Shown here: positions 8,809 through 18,016 of the stretch, piece after piece | How the letters are laid out: each line of letters begins with the position of its first letter | How positions within the stretch are numbered: the first letter of the stretch is position 1 | Source: Candidatus Poriferisocius sp. | GTDB taxonomy: Bacteria; Actinomycetota; Acidimicrobiia; Acidimicrobiales; Bin134 | Direction: 5' to 3' | Assembly (NCBI RefSeq): GCF_965214065.1 | Contig: NZ_CBDCAT010000027.1 | Span: 311,968-375,967 of the forward strand | DNA length: 64,000 bases | The notes under the pieces: generated by a model | Told to the model about the DNA's origin: nothing | Seen by the model: the letters and a program-made list of their open reading frames with translations, nothing else | Databases searched by the model: none | Translations under genes and position numbers: made by a program

Positions 8809-10875
8809 ATGACCGCCAGCGTCTTCGCCGCCGGGGTCCTGGAAGAGACCATCCGGGCTTTCTTCCAGGGCCTACCCATCGGCGCGGGCTTCGCCTTGGT
8901 GGCCATGAGCTTCGTGCTCACCTACAAGACATCCGGGGTGTTCAATCTGGCCTTTGGGGCCCAGGCCTTCATCAGCGCCGCCACCTACTTCGAGCTCCAC
9001 GTACGGCGCGACTGGCCCATCTGGGCGTCGGTGCTGGTGGCGGTGGTGCTGGTCGCCCCGGCGCTTGGCCTGCTCTTGGAGCGGTTGATATTCCGCCACG
9101 TCCATGCCGCCTCCGCGGTGTCCAAGCTGGTCATCTCGCTCGGCCTGCTCGTCGCCCTGCCCGAGCTGTTCAAGCTCATCGTCGACTACAACCGCGAGCA
9201 GCCTTTTGGCGCGGTGGGCATCATCCCCGACGGCACCACCGTCTACCGGCTGTTCGGCCGATATCCCGTCACCCGCGACGAGATCGCCGCGTTCGTCATC
9301 GTGGTGGCCGCCGCTGTGGCCCTAGCCGCCCTGTTCCGCTACACCCGCTTTGGCCTGCGCATCCGGGCGGTGGTGCAGAGCCCCCGCATGACCGAACTCA
9401 ACGGGGTCAACGCTGACTGGGTGTCGTCGGGTTCGTGGATGCTGTCCAGCCTCTTCGCTGGCCTGGCCGGGGTGCTGTTGGTACCCACAACCCCGTCGCT
9501 GGGCACGGTGCTCGAACCAACCGGCTACTTCCCTATCGTGATCTCCGCGCTGGCCGCGGCCGCGCTGGGCCGGCTGGTCAACCTGCCCGCCGCCCTGTAC
9601 GGCGGACTAGCGCTGGGGGTCGTCACAACCCAGATGCGCACCCACGTGCCCCGAGACAACGTCATCTTGGCCGAGTTGCAGGGCCCCGCGCTGCCCTACG
9701 TGATGCTGTTCGCCATCATCGTGTTCTGGCCCGCCATCCGCCGTCAGGTGGCCGGGGCCGACCCGCTTTTGGGGGTGTCCCCGCCACCGCCCGCGCTGGC
9801 CGCCACCAGCCGCAGCCGGGGCATGACCATCTACACCCGGATCATGGCTCTGGCCTTTTTCACCGCGCTGGGCATCTTCACCTTCGGCTACGCCAACAAC
9901 TTCTGGATCTCCCGCATCACCCAATCGGTGATCTTCTCCATCATTTTCTTGTCCATCGTGGTGTTCACCGGCCTCGGCGGCCAGATCGCGCTGTGCCAGG
10001 TGACCTTCGCGGCCATCGGCGCGTTCGGGGCCATGCAGTTCGCCCAGCGATGGGACATCTCGGTGATAGTTGGCATGGTGGCGGGCGCGGCCATCGCCGC
10101 CGCGGTGGGCGCGGTGCTCAGCATTCCGGTAATGCGCCTGGGCGGCATCTGGCTAGCCATCGCCACCTTGGCCTTCGCGCTCTTCTTCCACGACGTATTG
10201 GTGAAGTACAGCTGGGTGGGCGGCTCGTTGTTCCACGGCCGCAACGTGCCCCGGCCCGAGTTCTTCGGCGTCGACTTCTCCAGCCGGGAGAACTTCCTCA
10301 TCTTGTGCATCGCCATCCTGGTGCTGGTGGGAGTGCTGGTGATTCTCATCCGCGAAAGCAGCACCGGCATGGCCCTGCGGGCGCTGCGGGGCTCGGAGAC
10401 CGCAGCCGAGTCCATCGGGATCATTTCCTGGCGCTCCCGGGTCATCGTGTTCTCGGTGTCGGCCGCCATCGCTGCCATCGGGGGTGGGCTGTTGGCCATG
10501 GAGGAGCGCCTTGTGGGATACGAGGCCAACTTCGATCCCCAGACTGGCCTGTTCTGGCTGGTCATAGTGGTGGTGCTGGGTGCCCGCACCGTAGAGGGCG
10601 GCATCCAGGCTGGGGTGGCCTTCGTGATCTTTCCCGAGCTGGTGCTTCACCGCTGGTTCGGACTCGACGGGGCCTGGCGATTCGTTTTGTTCGGCTTCGC
10701 TGCCATCTCCTTCGCCCGCCATCCCGAGGGCCTCTTGGAGCACGGCAAGCGCCGCTCACAGGTCTTGATGCAGCGCTCCTTCGGCCGACGGGCACCGGCC
10801 GTGGCCGCGACCGGCGCCGGGCCAGCGGCCGATACTGGAAACGAGGCTTGGACCGACGCGGGGGACGAGCCATGA
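8809..10875 (+). CDS. fused branched-chain-amino-acid-type ABC permease (LivH-like N-half plus LivM-like C-half)
   Basis: 688 aa. The first roughly 310 aa are colinear with the LivH-like protein at 16358-17299. The C-terminal half is colinear with the LivM-like protein at 15210-16361 (GGQIALCQVTFAAIGAFG versus GYSGQLSLGHSFFVGSGAY). Confidence 0.85.
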   Translation: MTASVFAAGVLEETIRAFFQGLPIGAGFALVAMSFVLTYKTSGVFNLAFGAQAFISAATYFELHVRRDWPIWASVLVAVVLVAPALGLLLERLIFRHVHAASAVSKLVISLGLLVALPELFKLIVDYNREQPFGAVGIIPDGTTVYRLFGRYPVTRDEIAAFVIVVAAAVALAALFRYTRFGLRIRAVVQSPRMTELNGVNADWVSSGSWMLSSLFAGLAGVLLVPTTPSLGTVLEPTGYFPIVISALAAAALGRLVNLPAALYGGLALGVVTTQMRTHVPRDNVILAELQGPALPYVMLFAIIVFWPAIRRQVAGADPLLGVSPPPPALAATSRSRGMTIYTRIMALAFFTALGIFTFGYANNFWISRITQSVIFSIIFLSIVVFTGLGGQIALCQVTFAAIGAFGAMQFAQRWDISVIVGMVAGAAIAAAVGAVLSIPVMRLGGIWLAIATLAFALFFHDVLVKYSWVGGSLFHGRNVPRPEFFGVDFSSRENFLILCIAILVLVGVLVILIRESSTGMALRALRGSETAAESIGIISWRSRVIVFSVSAAIAAIGGGLLAMEERLVGYEANFDPQTGLFWLVIVVVLGARTVEGGIQAGVAFVIFPELVLHRWFGLDGAWRFVLFGFAAISFARHPEGLLEHGKRRSQVLMQRSFGRRAPAVAATGAGPAADTGNEAWTDAGDEP

Positions 10876-11642
10876 GCCTGCTGGTTGCCGAGGGCGTCAC
10901 CAAGCGGTTCGCGGGCATCACCGCGGTCGACGACGTGCGCGTCGCTCTCAACGCGGGCGAGCGGGTGGGGCTGATCGGCCCCAACGGTGCGGGCAAGACC
11001 ACCTTGTTCAACTGCCTTTTGGGCCTGCTGCGCCCCGACGCCGGCTCGGTGAGCTTCGACGGCGCGGACATCACCCGCCTGCCGGTCTACCGCCGGGCCC
11101 GCCTGGGTATCGGCCGCACCTTCCAGCGGGTGGAGCTGTTCAGCGGGTCGTCGGTGCGCGACCACCTGCTGTTCGCCCACCGCATCCGCAGCGGCACCGG
11201 CGCATTGTGGAAAGACGTTCTCGGCCTGGGCCTTCCCAAACCCGCCGAGATCGAGCGCTGCGACGCTCTGCTGGAGAGCCTCGGGTTGAGCGGCACGGGC
11301 GACGAGCCCATCGAAGCGCTCAGCCTGGGCCAGAGCCGGTTGGTGGAGGTGGCCCGGGCGCTCATGACCCAGCCCCGGGTGGTGCTGTTGGATGAGCCCT
11401 CCTCGGGCCTCGACCGGGCCGAAACCAACGCCTTGGCCGACACCTTGGCCCGCATCCAGGCTGAACAGGGATTTGGCCTTTTGCTGGTGGAGCACGACGT
11501 AGAGCTGGTGGCCTCATTCACCGAGCGCACCTACGTCCTGGACTTCGGCAAGCTCATCACCCACGGCCTCACCCCCGATGTGATGCGCGATCCCGAGGTG
11601 AGGACCGCCTACTTGGGCGATTTCGTAGCAGGCACGCCATGA
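10872..11642 (+). CDS. ABC transporter ATP-binding protein (LivG-like)
   Basis: KRFAGITAVDDV..GLIGPNGAGKTTLFN (Walker A), LSLGQSRLVEVARAL (signature) and VVLLDEP (Walker B). The ATG at 10872 overlaps the permease stop (ATGA). Confidence 0.92.
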   Translation: MSLLVAEGVTKRFAGITAVDDVRVALNAGERVGLIGPNGAGKTTLFNCLLGLLRPDAGSVSFDGADITRLPVYRRARLGIGRTFQRVELFSGSSVRDHLLFAHRIRSGTGALWKDVLGLGLPKPAEIERCDALLESLGLSGTGDEPIEALSLGQSRLVEVARALMTQPRVVLLDEPSSGLDRAETNALADTLARIQAEQGFGLLLVEHDVELVASFTERTYVLDFGKLITHGLTPDVMRDPEVRTAYLGDFVAGTP

Positions 11643-12427
11643 CTGACGCTGTTGAGCCCACCGCTGGCCCGATCCCTGGCGCCGCCATCGCGGCCGCCCC
11701 CGCCCCGCTACAGATCCCCGTGCTGGAGCTCCGTCACATCAACGCCGCCTACGGGCCGTTCCGAGCCCTGTTCGACGTGTCGCTGTCGGTGGGCGAGGGC
11801 GAGACGGTGGCCCTTTTGGGCCGTAACGGCGCGGGCAAGACCACCGTGGCCCGGGTGGCCAGCGGCCTGGTTGAGCCCACCGAGGGCGAGGTCATGGTCG
11901 ACGGCAACGACTTCACCAAGGCTCGGACCCACCACTACGCCAAGGCCGGGGTGGTGCACGTGCCCGAGGGCCGGGCCGTTTTCTCCGACTTCTCGGTGGA
12001 GGAGAACCTCACCCTGGCCTTCTCCCGCACCCGCGACCGCTCTGGGGTGCGCGACGCTTTGGCCCGAGCCTTCGAGCTGTTCCCCCCCATCGCCCAGCGC
12101 CGCCGCCAGATCGCCGGCACTCTGTCGGGCGGCGAGCAGCGCATGCTGGCCATGGCCAGAGTGCTGGTGGAGACCCCCCGCCTGCTCATCGCCGACGAGC
12201 TCTCCCTCGGATTGGCCCCCATCGTCACCGACGAGGTCTACGCCGTGCTGGCCCGCATCCGCGACGCCGGCACCGCCCTGCTCATAGTCGAGCAGCACAT
12301 GGGCCATGCCCTAGCCCTGTGCGACCGGGCCATACTCCTAGACCACGGCGCCGTCTCCTGGCAGGGCCCCGCATCCGATGCCGCCCAAGCCGTAGGCGCA
12401 TCCCTGTTTGACACCGGCGGCCAGTAG
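11639..12427 (+). CDS. ABC transporter ATP-binding protein (LivF-like)
   Basis: AAYGPFRALFDVSLSVGEGETVALLGRNGAGKTT, LSGGEQRMLAMARVL and LLIADELSLGLAP. ATGA overlap with the upstream gene. Confidence 0.92.
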   Translation: MTDAVEPTAGPIPGAAIAAAPAPLQIPVLELRHINAAYGPFRALFDVSLSVGEGETVALLGRNGAGKTTVARVASGLVEPTEGEVMVDGNDFTKARTHHYAKAGVVHVPEGRAVFSDFSVEENLTLAFSRTRDRSGVRDALARAFELFPPIAQRRRQIAGTLSGGEQRMLAMARVLVETPRLLIADELSLGLAPIVTDEVYAVLARIRDAGTALLIVEQHMGHALALCDRAILLDHGAVSWQGPASDAAQAVGASLFDTGGQ

Positions 12428-12441
12428 TCAATACTGGGGAC

Positions 12442-13641
12442 ATGGACGCCGCTGCCGTTGAGTTCGATCCGTTCAGCCGGGACTTCTTCGACGATCCCTA
12501 CCACACATACGCCGACCTGCGGGATCACGCCCCCTGCTATTACAGCGAGCAGTACGATTTCTACGCCCTGAGCCGGTTCGACGACGTGGTGGCCGGCCAC
12601 CGCGACTACGAAACTTTCACCTCCACCCACGGCCAGACCTACGAGCAGCTGGCCTCGGGCAAGCCGTCGGACATGGGCTCCATCATCTCCATGGACCCGC
12701 CCGAGCACACCCGATATCGCAAGCTGGTGTCCCGCTCGTTCACCCCCCGCTCCATCGGCGACTATGAATCGCTGGTGCGGGAGATCATCAGCGGCTACCT
12801 CGACCCGCTCATGGGCCGCCGCCAGGTCGATATCCTCGAGGAGTTCGCCGCCCCGTTCCCCGTCGAGATCATCTCCACCATCTTGGGCGTGCCCCCCGAA
12901 GACCGCCAGCAGATTAGGCACTGGACCGACGCCATGCTCCACCGCGAGGAGGGTTCGGCCATGAGCGGCGCGGCCGCCGCCGAAGCGGGTATGGCCCAGG
13001 GTATGTACCTGTTCCAGCTCTCCCAGCAAAAGCGCGAAGAGCCGGCAAACGACATGCTCTCTGCGCTGATCGAGGCCGAGGTGGAGACCGAGGACGGCGA
13101 TCTCACCCAACTAGACGATGCCGAGATCGCCGGATTCGGCACGCTTTTGGCTGCGGCCGGCTCTGAGACCGTCACCAAGCTGGTGGGCAACGCCGTGGTG
13201 CTGTTCCACCGCAACCCCGACCAGTGGGCCAAGGTGCTCGACGATCCCACCGTCATCGCCAACGCCGTGGAGGAGGTCCTCCGCTACTGGGCCCCCTCGC
13301 AGTACCAGGGCCGCTACTCGGTGGTCGACTCAACCTGGCACGGGGTGACCATCCCCAAGGACAAGCCAGTGTTCTTGATAACCGGGGCGGCCAACCGCGA
13401 CCCCCGCCGCTACGACGATCCCGACAAGTTCGACATCTCCCGCGAGCCCGGCCTCGCTGTCGGGCTGGGCCACGGCCTGCACGTGTGTCTGGGCGCGGCC
13501 CTGGCCCGCCTGGAGAGCCGGGTGGCCATCGAGGAGATCGCCCGCCGCTGGCCCGCCTTCGAGGTGCAAGAATCCGGCCTGCGCCGGGTGCAGATGTCCA
13601 ACGTGGCCGGCTACTCCTCGGTTCCGATCACCGTTTCCTAA
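12442..13641 (+). CDS. cytochrome P450
   Basis: 399 aa. Contains PPEHTRYRKL, EEVLRYWAP (ExxR) and the heme loop GHGLHVCLGAALAR. Starts 14 nt after the ABC ATPase. Confidence 0.93.
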   Translation: MDAAAVEFDPFSRDFFDDPYHTYADLRDHAPCYYSEQYDFYALSRFDDVVAGHRDYETFTSTHGQTYEQLASGKPSDMGSIISMDPPEHTRYRKLVSRSFTPRSIGDYESLVREIISGYLDPLMGRRQVDILEEFAAPFPVEIISTILGVPPEDRQQIRHWTDAMLHREEGSAMSGAAAAEAGMAQGMYLFQLSQQKREEPANDMLSALIEAEVETEDGDLTQLDDAEIAGFGTLLAAAGSETVTKLVGNAVVLFHRNPDQWAKVLDDPTVIANAVEEVLRYWAPSQYQGRYSVVDSTWHGVTIPKDKPVFLITGAANRDPRRYDDPDKFDISREPGLAVGLGHGLHVCLGAALARLESRVAIEEIARRWPAFEVQESGLRRVQMSNVAGYSSVPITVS

Positions 13642-15122
13642 CCGCCGAACGTGCCGGTCTCGCCTTCGAAGGAGAGCACGTCGCTCACTGGTACGTAGCG
13701 GGCGCCGTCGGCATCTACCACTAGCTCTTCCATCCGTCCGGCTTCCACCATGTAGGAGTCGTTGGCCCCGTCCATGCGCCGCGGGGAATTGCCCAGCGCA
13801 CCCCGGGAATCGAAGTTCATCTGCCACATGGCCCGCATCACGTTGGTGCGGTTGATGCCGCCGTCCATGCCGGCCGCGTCCAGAAGAACCTCATGCAGCA
13901 CCTCGCCGAAGACGTAGCCCAAGGCGTGGGAGGCGGCTTCGGGATCTACCCCCTGGTCCTCCAGCGTCTCGCGCACGAACTGCACCCACTCGTCGTCGGC
14001 CAACGAAGAGTCAGACACGTCCTTTTGGGTGTTCACCATCCGGACCCCGTTGGCCAGCGGCCCAATCGGCGCCCAGAACAGGGCAATGCTCTGGCACCCG
14101 TTGGACACCAGCATCATCGGCTCCCACGCCACGCTGGCCACCGTGGCCACTGCCTGCGGGCAGAACGCCCCCGAAGAGGCGATCACGATGACGTCCGCGT
14201 TGCTGGCCGCCAGGTTGATCACATCGGCGCCAACCGAGTCGGCCTGCGGGTCGTGCTTGATCTCGTCCAATATCTCGATGCCGTGTTCAGGGGCGCATTC
14301 GTTGAAGGCCACTCGCCACGCTTCGCCGGCGTCGTTGCCCAGCGCCAACACGGCGGCTGTGGCACCCGAGCCGATTTCGTCGGCTATGTGCTGGCACCAC
14401 ACCCGCGACTCGGTCTCATACGACATCAGCGCGCCGGTGGTCCACGGATAGTTGGCGGGGTCGCCCCATTCGGGCAGCCCGGTCAGGTTGAAGAGCTGCG
14501 GTATGCAGTTCTCATTGAGTGTGTCGCGCACCGCCAGGTTGTTGGGGCTGCCCAGAATCCCGGCAAACCCCAGCAGGTTCTCGACGTCGATCATCTCCTC
14601 CACGTTGGTCACCGTGCGGGCTGGCACATAGCCGTCGTCTCGGGCCACCATCACCACGTTGCGACCATCGATGGGTCCGACCGCGTCGAAGTAGAGCCCG
14701 ATGCCGTCGGCAATGGTGCCGAAACCGGCCAACGCACCCGACCGGGGCAGGCTGCTGCCAAAGCGGATCTCGGTGTCGGTCACCCCGGATTGGTTGTCCC
14801 ATTCACTCGGGCACGCAGAGATGTCGATCACCGCACCGCCCCCTAGCTCCACGATGCTGAGATCGGAAGGCTCTTCGGGGGAGGGCTCAGGCTCATCGCT
14901 GGCCTCGGGCTCAGGGGCTGGGGCGGAGTCGGCATCATCGTCGTCTTCGGGCTCGGGCTCATCGTCGCCGTCGGGCTCGGGGGCTGGCTCATCGGGTGCC
15001 TCGGCAGGAGCAGTCGGTGCCGGCTCGGACACCGGCGCATCATCGTCGTCGTTACCGCAAGCGCTGGCCACCAGCGCGAACACCGCCACGAGGGCGATCA
15101 AGATTCGCCAAGACTTGGACAT
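13638..15122 (-). CDS. ABC transporter substrate-binding lipoprotein (Leu/Ile/Val-binding-protein family) with Pro/Asp/Glu tether
   Basis: MSKSWRILIALVAVFALVASACGN provides the lipobox. About 80 aa of acidic Pro-rich linker follow, then a binding-protein fold. ATG at 15122 is preceded by AGGAGGG. It is the last gene of the second Liv-type operon. Its stop codon overlaps the stop of the convergent P450. Confidence 0.85.
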   Translation of the reverse strand: MSKSWRILIALVAVFALVASACGNDDDDAPVSEPAPTAPAEAPDEPAPEPDGDDEPEPEDDDDADSAPAPEPEASDEPEPSPEEPSDLSIVELGGGAVIDISACPSEWDNQSGVTDTEIRFGSSLPRSGALAGFGTIADGIGLYFDAVGPIDGRNVVMVARDDGYVPARTVTNVEEMIDVENLLGFAGILGSPNNLAVRDTLNENCIPQLFNLTGLPEWGDPANYPWTTGALMSYETESRVWCQHIADEIGSGATAAVLALGNDAGEAWRVAFNECAPEHGIEILDEIKHDPQADSVGADVINLAASNADVIVIASSGAFCPQAVATVASVAWEPMMLVSNGCQSIALFWAPIGPLANGVRMVNTQKDVSDSSLADDEWVQFVRETLEDQGVDPEAASHALGYVFGEVLHEVLLDAAGMDGGINRTNVMRAMWQMNFDSRGALGNSPRRMDGANDSYMVEAGRMEELVVDADGARYVPVSDVLSFEGETGTFGG

Positions 15123-15159
15123 GGGGCAATCCCTCCTGAGATCGGTTCTCCATTTGGAG

Positions 15160-15184
15160 TGGTCCAGTAACCTTACGTGGACCA
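15160..15184 (-). other. intercistronic stem-loop between the permease and binding-protein genes
   Basis: tggtcca (15160-15166) pairs with tggacca (15178-15184), with an 11-nt loop. It lies in the 87-nt gap upstream of the SBP RBS. A function in mRNA processing or stability is only inferred. Confidence 0.3.
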
Positions 15185-15209
15185 AGCGACAATTACTCCC
15201 CCGTACCCG

Positions 15210-16361
15210 TCACCTTCCCGGAGGCTGGGGCGCCACCGGCATGAGCCGAGACTTGATCTTGCGGAATCCGTGGGCTGCCCCGCCGGGCAGCGCGAAGATG
15301 ATCACGATCAAAAGCCCCCCCAAGATGGCCGTGCCGTACGGCCCCTCCAGGGCCACGTCGGTGCCCGGCAGGGTCTGGGTCTGGCTCGACCAGTGGGGCA
15401 CGAACTGGATGGCCAGCCCGCCCGCCACCGCCCCGTGCAGCGTGCCCGAGCCTCCCACGATCAGCCCCACGATCAGTAGAATGGCCATCGAGAAGCCGAA
15501 CTCGTCGGGCCCCACGAACCCCGAGTGCATGGCCAGCATGGTGCCTGCCACCCCGCCCACCGCGGCGCTGATGCCGAAGCTCAAAGTCTTGTATGCGGCC
15601 AGGTTCACCCCATTGGCCGCCGCCCCCAGCGGATTGTCACGAATGGCCAACAAAGCTCGCCCCACCCGGCCGGCCAGAATGTTGCGCACCAGCCAGAAGC
15701 ACGCCAGTGCCATGATCACCAGCAAGAAGTACTTGTACACCGCCTCTTCCTGGCGCCCGGTCAGCCCGTCGGGAACCCGAGAGCCCACTCCGGGGATGGC
15801 GTGCAGCCACTCGGTTGCCTTCTCGATGGGCGCCCATGTCGGCACCACCAGGTCGCTGTCGATCAGCAGCCCATTGCTGCCGCCGGTGCGGTCGGCCACA
15901 TTGTCGAGCCGGATGATCGACGGGAACACCGCCGCCACCGCAAACGTCAACAGCCCCAGATACAGCCCTTGGATCCTCAGGGCGGGCACTCCGAACAGCA
16001 CGCCGAACACGAACAGCCCCGGAACCACCACCCCGAGGGTGGACACATACGACCAGTGAAACTCGTTCACCAGCACCGCGGTGAGATACGCCCCCGACCC
16101 CACGAAGAAGCTGTGGCCCAAAGAGAGCTGTCCGCTGTAGCCGGTGGCGATGTTCAGCCCCAATATGGCCACCATGAGCCCGATGGCCTGGCTCAAGTTG
16201 CCCAACCCCACTGTGTAGCGGTTGCCGAAGATGGTTGGGCTATAGGTATCGGCGATCAGAAACGGGATCAGCACCACCACCAGGGCGAACAGCGCCCACC
16301 CGATGATCTGGCGCCTCCGGTGCGCCCGGCTGCCCGCGTCCACCACGCCCAGGCCCTTCAC
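15210..16361 (-). CDS. branched-chain-amino-acid-type ABC permease (LivM-like)
   Basis: Hydrophobic protein with NIATGYSGQLSLGHSFFVGSGAY. The tracked 610-aa ORF runs into the LivH gene in another frame. I start at the GTG at 16361, which overlaps the LivH stop (GTGA). Confidence 0.8.
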   Translation of the reverse strand: MKGLGVVDAGSRAHRRRQIIGWALFALVVVLIPFLIADTYSPTIFGNRYTVGLGNLSQAIGLMVAILGLNIATGYSGQLSLGHSFFVGSGAYLTAVLVNEFHWSYVSTLGVVVPGLFVFGVLFGVPALRIQGLYLGLLTFAVAAVFPSIIRLDNVADRTGGSNGLLIDSDLVVPTWAPIEKATEWLHAIPGVGSRVPDGLTGRQEEAVYKYFLLVIMALACFWLVRNILAGRVGRALLAIRDNPLGAAANGVNLAAYKTLSFGISAAVGGVAGTMLAMHSGFVGPDEFGFSMAILLIVGLIVGGSGTLHGAVAGGLAIQFVPHWSSQTQTLPGTDVALEGPYGTAILGGLLIVIIFALPGGAAHGFRKIKSRLMPVAPQPPGR

Positions 16362-17299
16362 ACCCGCTCCACTCTCGTCGATCCGAACAGGCCGGTGGGC
16401 CGCACCAACAGCACCATCAAGATCACCGCCACCGCGGTGGCCAGGGCCAGCTCGCTCAAGTCCAAGAAGGTCACCAGCAAGTTGCGGGCCAGCCCCACCA
16501 CCAGCCCGCCGATCACCGCCCCCATCATTGAGTCGAGCCCGCCCAGCGCGGCGGCGGCCAAAGAGAAGATCAGCACCCGCAGCATGATGGAGGGCTCCAG
16601 CAGCAGGTCGGGCACCACCAGCGCCCCGCCCAGGGTGCCGATGGCCGCGGCCAGCGCCCAGCCGAACCCCAGCGTGGGCCCCACCCGGATGCCCACCAGG
16701 CGGGCCGACTCCAGATTCGACGACACCGCTCGAAACGCGAGACCGATCTTGGTGCGCGCCAACAGCAGATACAAGAGCCCCACCACCGCGAACACCGTGC
16801 CCAGGTTGCCGATGGTGCGCCAGGTGAGCTGGGCGATGCCCCACTCGATGGGCGCACCGCTGGGGAACATGGAGGGCAGGCTGCGGGTGCGGAACCCCCA
16901 CACGATTCCTACCGCCGAGTCGATTATCAACAAAAGCCCCAGCGTCACGATCACCAGCGGCAGCACATGGTCGGGCGGGAACGGCCGGATGAACACCCGC
17001 TCGATGAACATCGCCACCGCTGAGCTGGCCACCATGGCGCACACCACCGCCACAGCCACCGGCAGGCCCTGCTCCACGCTGAAGACGTAGGCCAAATACA
17101 CCCCCAACAGCGCCAATGAGCCCTGGGCGAAGTTGATGAACCCGGTCGACTTGTAGATCATCACCAGCGCCAGCGCCACCGAGGCGTAGGTGGCCCCGTC
17201 ACTCAGCCCCCGGAAGAACTGCGCCAGCCACAGCTCGCCATCGGAGAGCTTGTCCAAGGTGATGTCGAACACCCCGAGCACAGAGGCCACGGCAACCAT
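16358..17299 (-). CDS. branched-chain-amino-acid-type ABC permease (LivH-like)
   Basis: 313 aa, multi-TM. Contains ALVMIYKSTGFINFAQGSLALLG, typical of LivH. Confidence 0.9.
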   Translation of the reverse strand: MVAVASVLGVFDITLDKLSDGELWLAQFFRGLSDGATYASVALALVMIYKSTGFINFAQGSLALLGVYLAYVFSVEQGLPVAVAVVCAMVASSAVAMFIERVFIRPFPPDHVLPLVIVTLGLLLIIDSAVGIVWGFRTRSLPSMFPSGAPIEWGIAQLTWRTIGNLGTVFAVVGLLYLLLARTKIGLAFRAVSSNLESARLVGIRVGPTLGFGWALAAAIGTLGGALVVPDLLLEPSIMLRVLIFSLAAAALGGLDSMMGAVIGGLVVGLARNLLVTFLDLSELALATAVAVILMVLLVRPTGLFGSTRVERV

Positions 17300-17302
17300 C
17301 GC

Positions 17303-18016
17303 TCAATACCCCAGGTACGCCCGGCGGACGTTGTCGTTGGCGGCCAGCTCGTCGGCGGGGCCCGACAGCGCCACTTCCCCGGCTTCCAGCACATAGGCCA
17401 CGTCGGCCACCCCCAGCGCCAGGCTGGCGTTCTGCTCCACCACCAGCATGGTGGTGCCCGCATCAGCGTTGATGGCGGTGAGCTGCTCGAACAATGCCCG
17501 GGTGATCATCGGCGCCAACCCCAGCGACGGCTCGTCCAACAGCAATAGCGACGGCCGCAGCATCAGCGCCCGAGCGATGGCCAGCATCTGCTGCTCCCCC
17601 CCGCTCAGCGACCCGGCGGCCTGGTTGCGACGCTCGCCCAGCACCGGGAAGGTCTCGTACCACCGCTGCACGTCGGAGCGCACCTCGGCGTCGGAGCGCA
17701 CGAACGCCCCGGCCATCAGGTTCTCCTCCACGTTCAGGTCGGGGAATGTCCCCCGACCCTGGGGCACATGGGCCACCCCCCGGCGCACGATGTCGGCGGT
17801 GCGGTGCCCGGCCAGCTCCTCGCCGGCCAGGCGGATCGACCCCTCGGTCGACACCATGGCGCACAGCGCCCGCAGCGTAGTTGTCTTGCCCGCCCCGTTG
17901 GCCCCCAAGATCACCGCGATCTGCCCCTCGGCCACCGAGAAGTCGATGCCGTGCAGCACCGCAATGTTCCCATAGGCCGCCTTCAGCCCCCGCACCTCCA
18001 GGTATTCGCCACTCAC
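17303..18016 (-). CDS. ABC transporter ATP-binding protein (LivF-like)
   Basis: AAYGNIAVLHGIDFSVAEGQIAVILGANGAGKTT, LSGGEQQMLAIARAL and LLLLDEPSLGLAP. Confidence 0.92.
   Translation of the reverse strand: MSGEYLEVRGLKAAYGNIAVLHGIDFSVAEGQIAVILGANGAGKTTTLRALCAMVSTEGSIRLAGEELAGHRTADIVRRGVAHVPQGRGTFPDLNVEENLMAGAFVRSDAEVRSDVQRWYETFPVLGERRNQAAGSLSGGEQQMLAIARALMLRPSLLLLDEPSLGLAPMITRALFEQLTAINADAGTTMLVVEQNASLALGVADVAYVLEAGEVALSGPADELAANDNVRRAYLGY

Noticed and set aside
15210-17042. Over-long tracked ORFs: 15210-17042, 40761-42368, 44747-46798, 45734-47050, 61997-63181, 34109-35419 and 49231-50523.
   Set aside because: Their N-terminal parts overlap well-supported upstream genes and are low-complexity. 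I trimmed them to internal ATG or GTG starts that give 4-nt coupling overlaps or sit behind an RBS.
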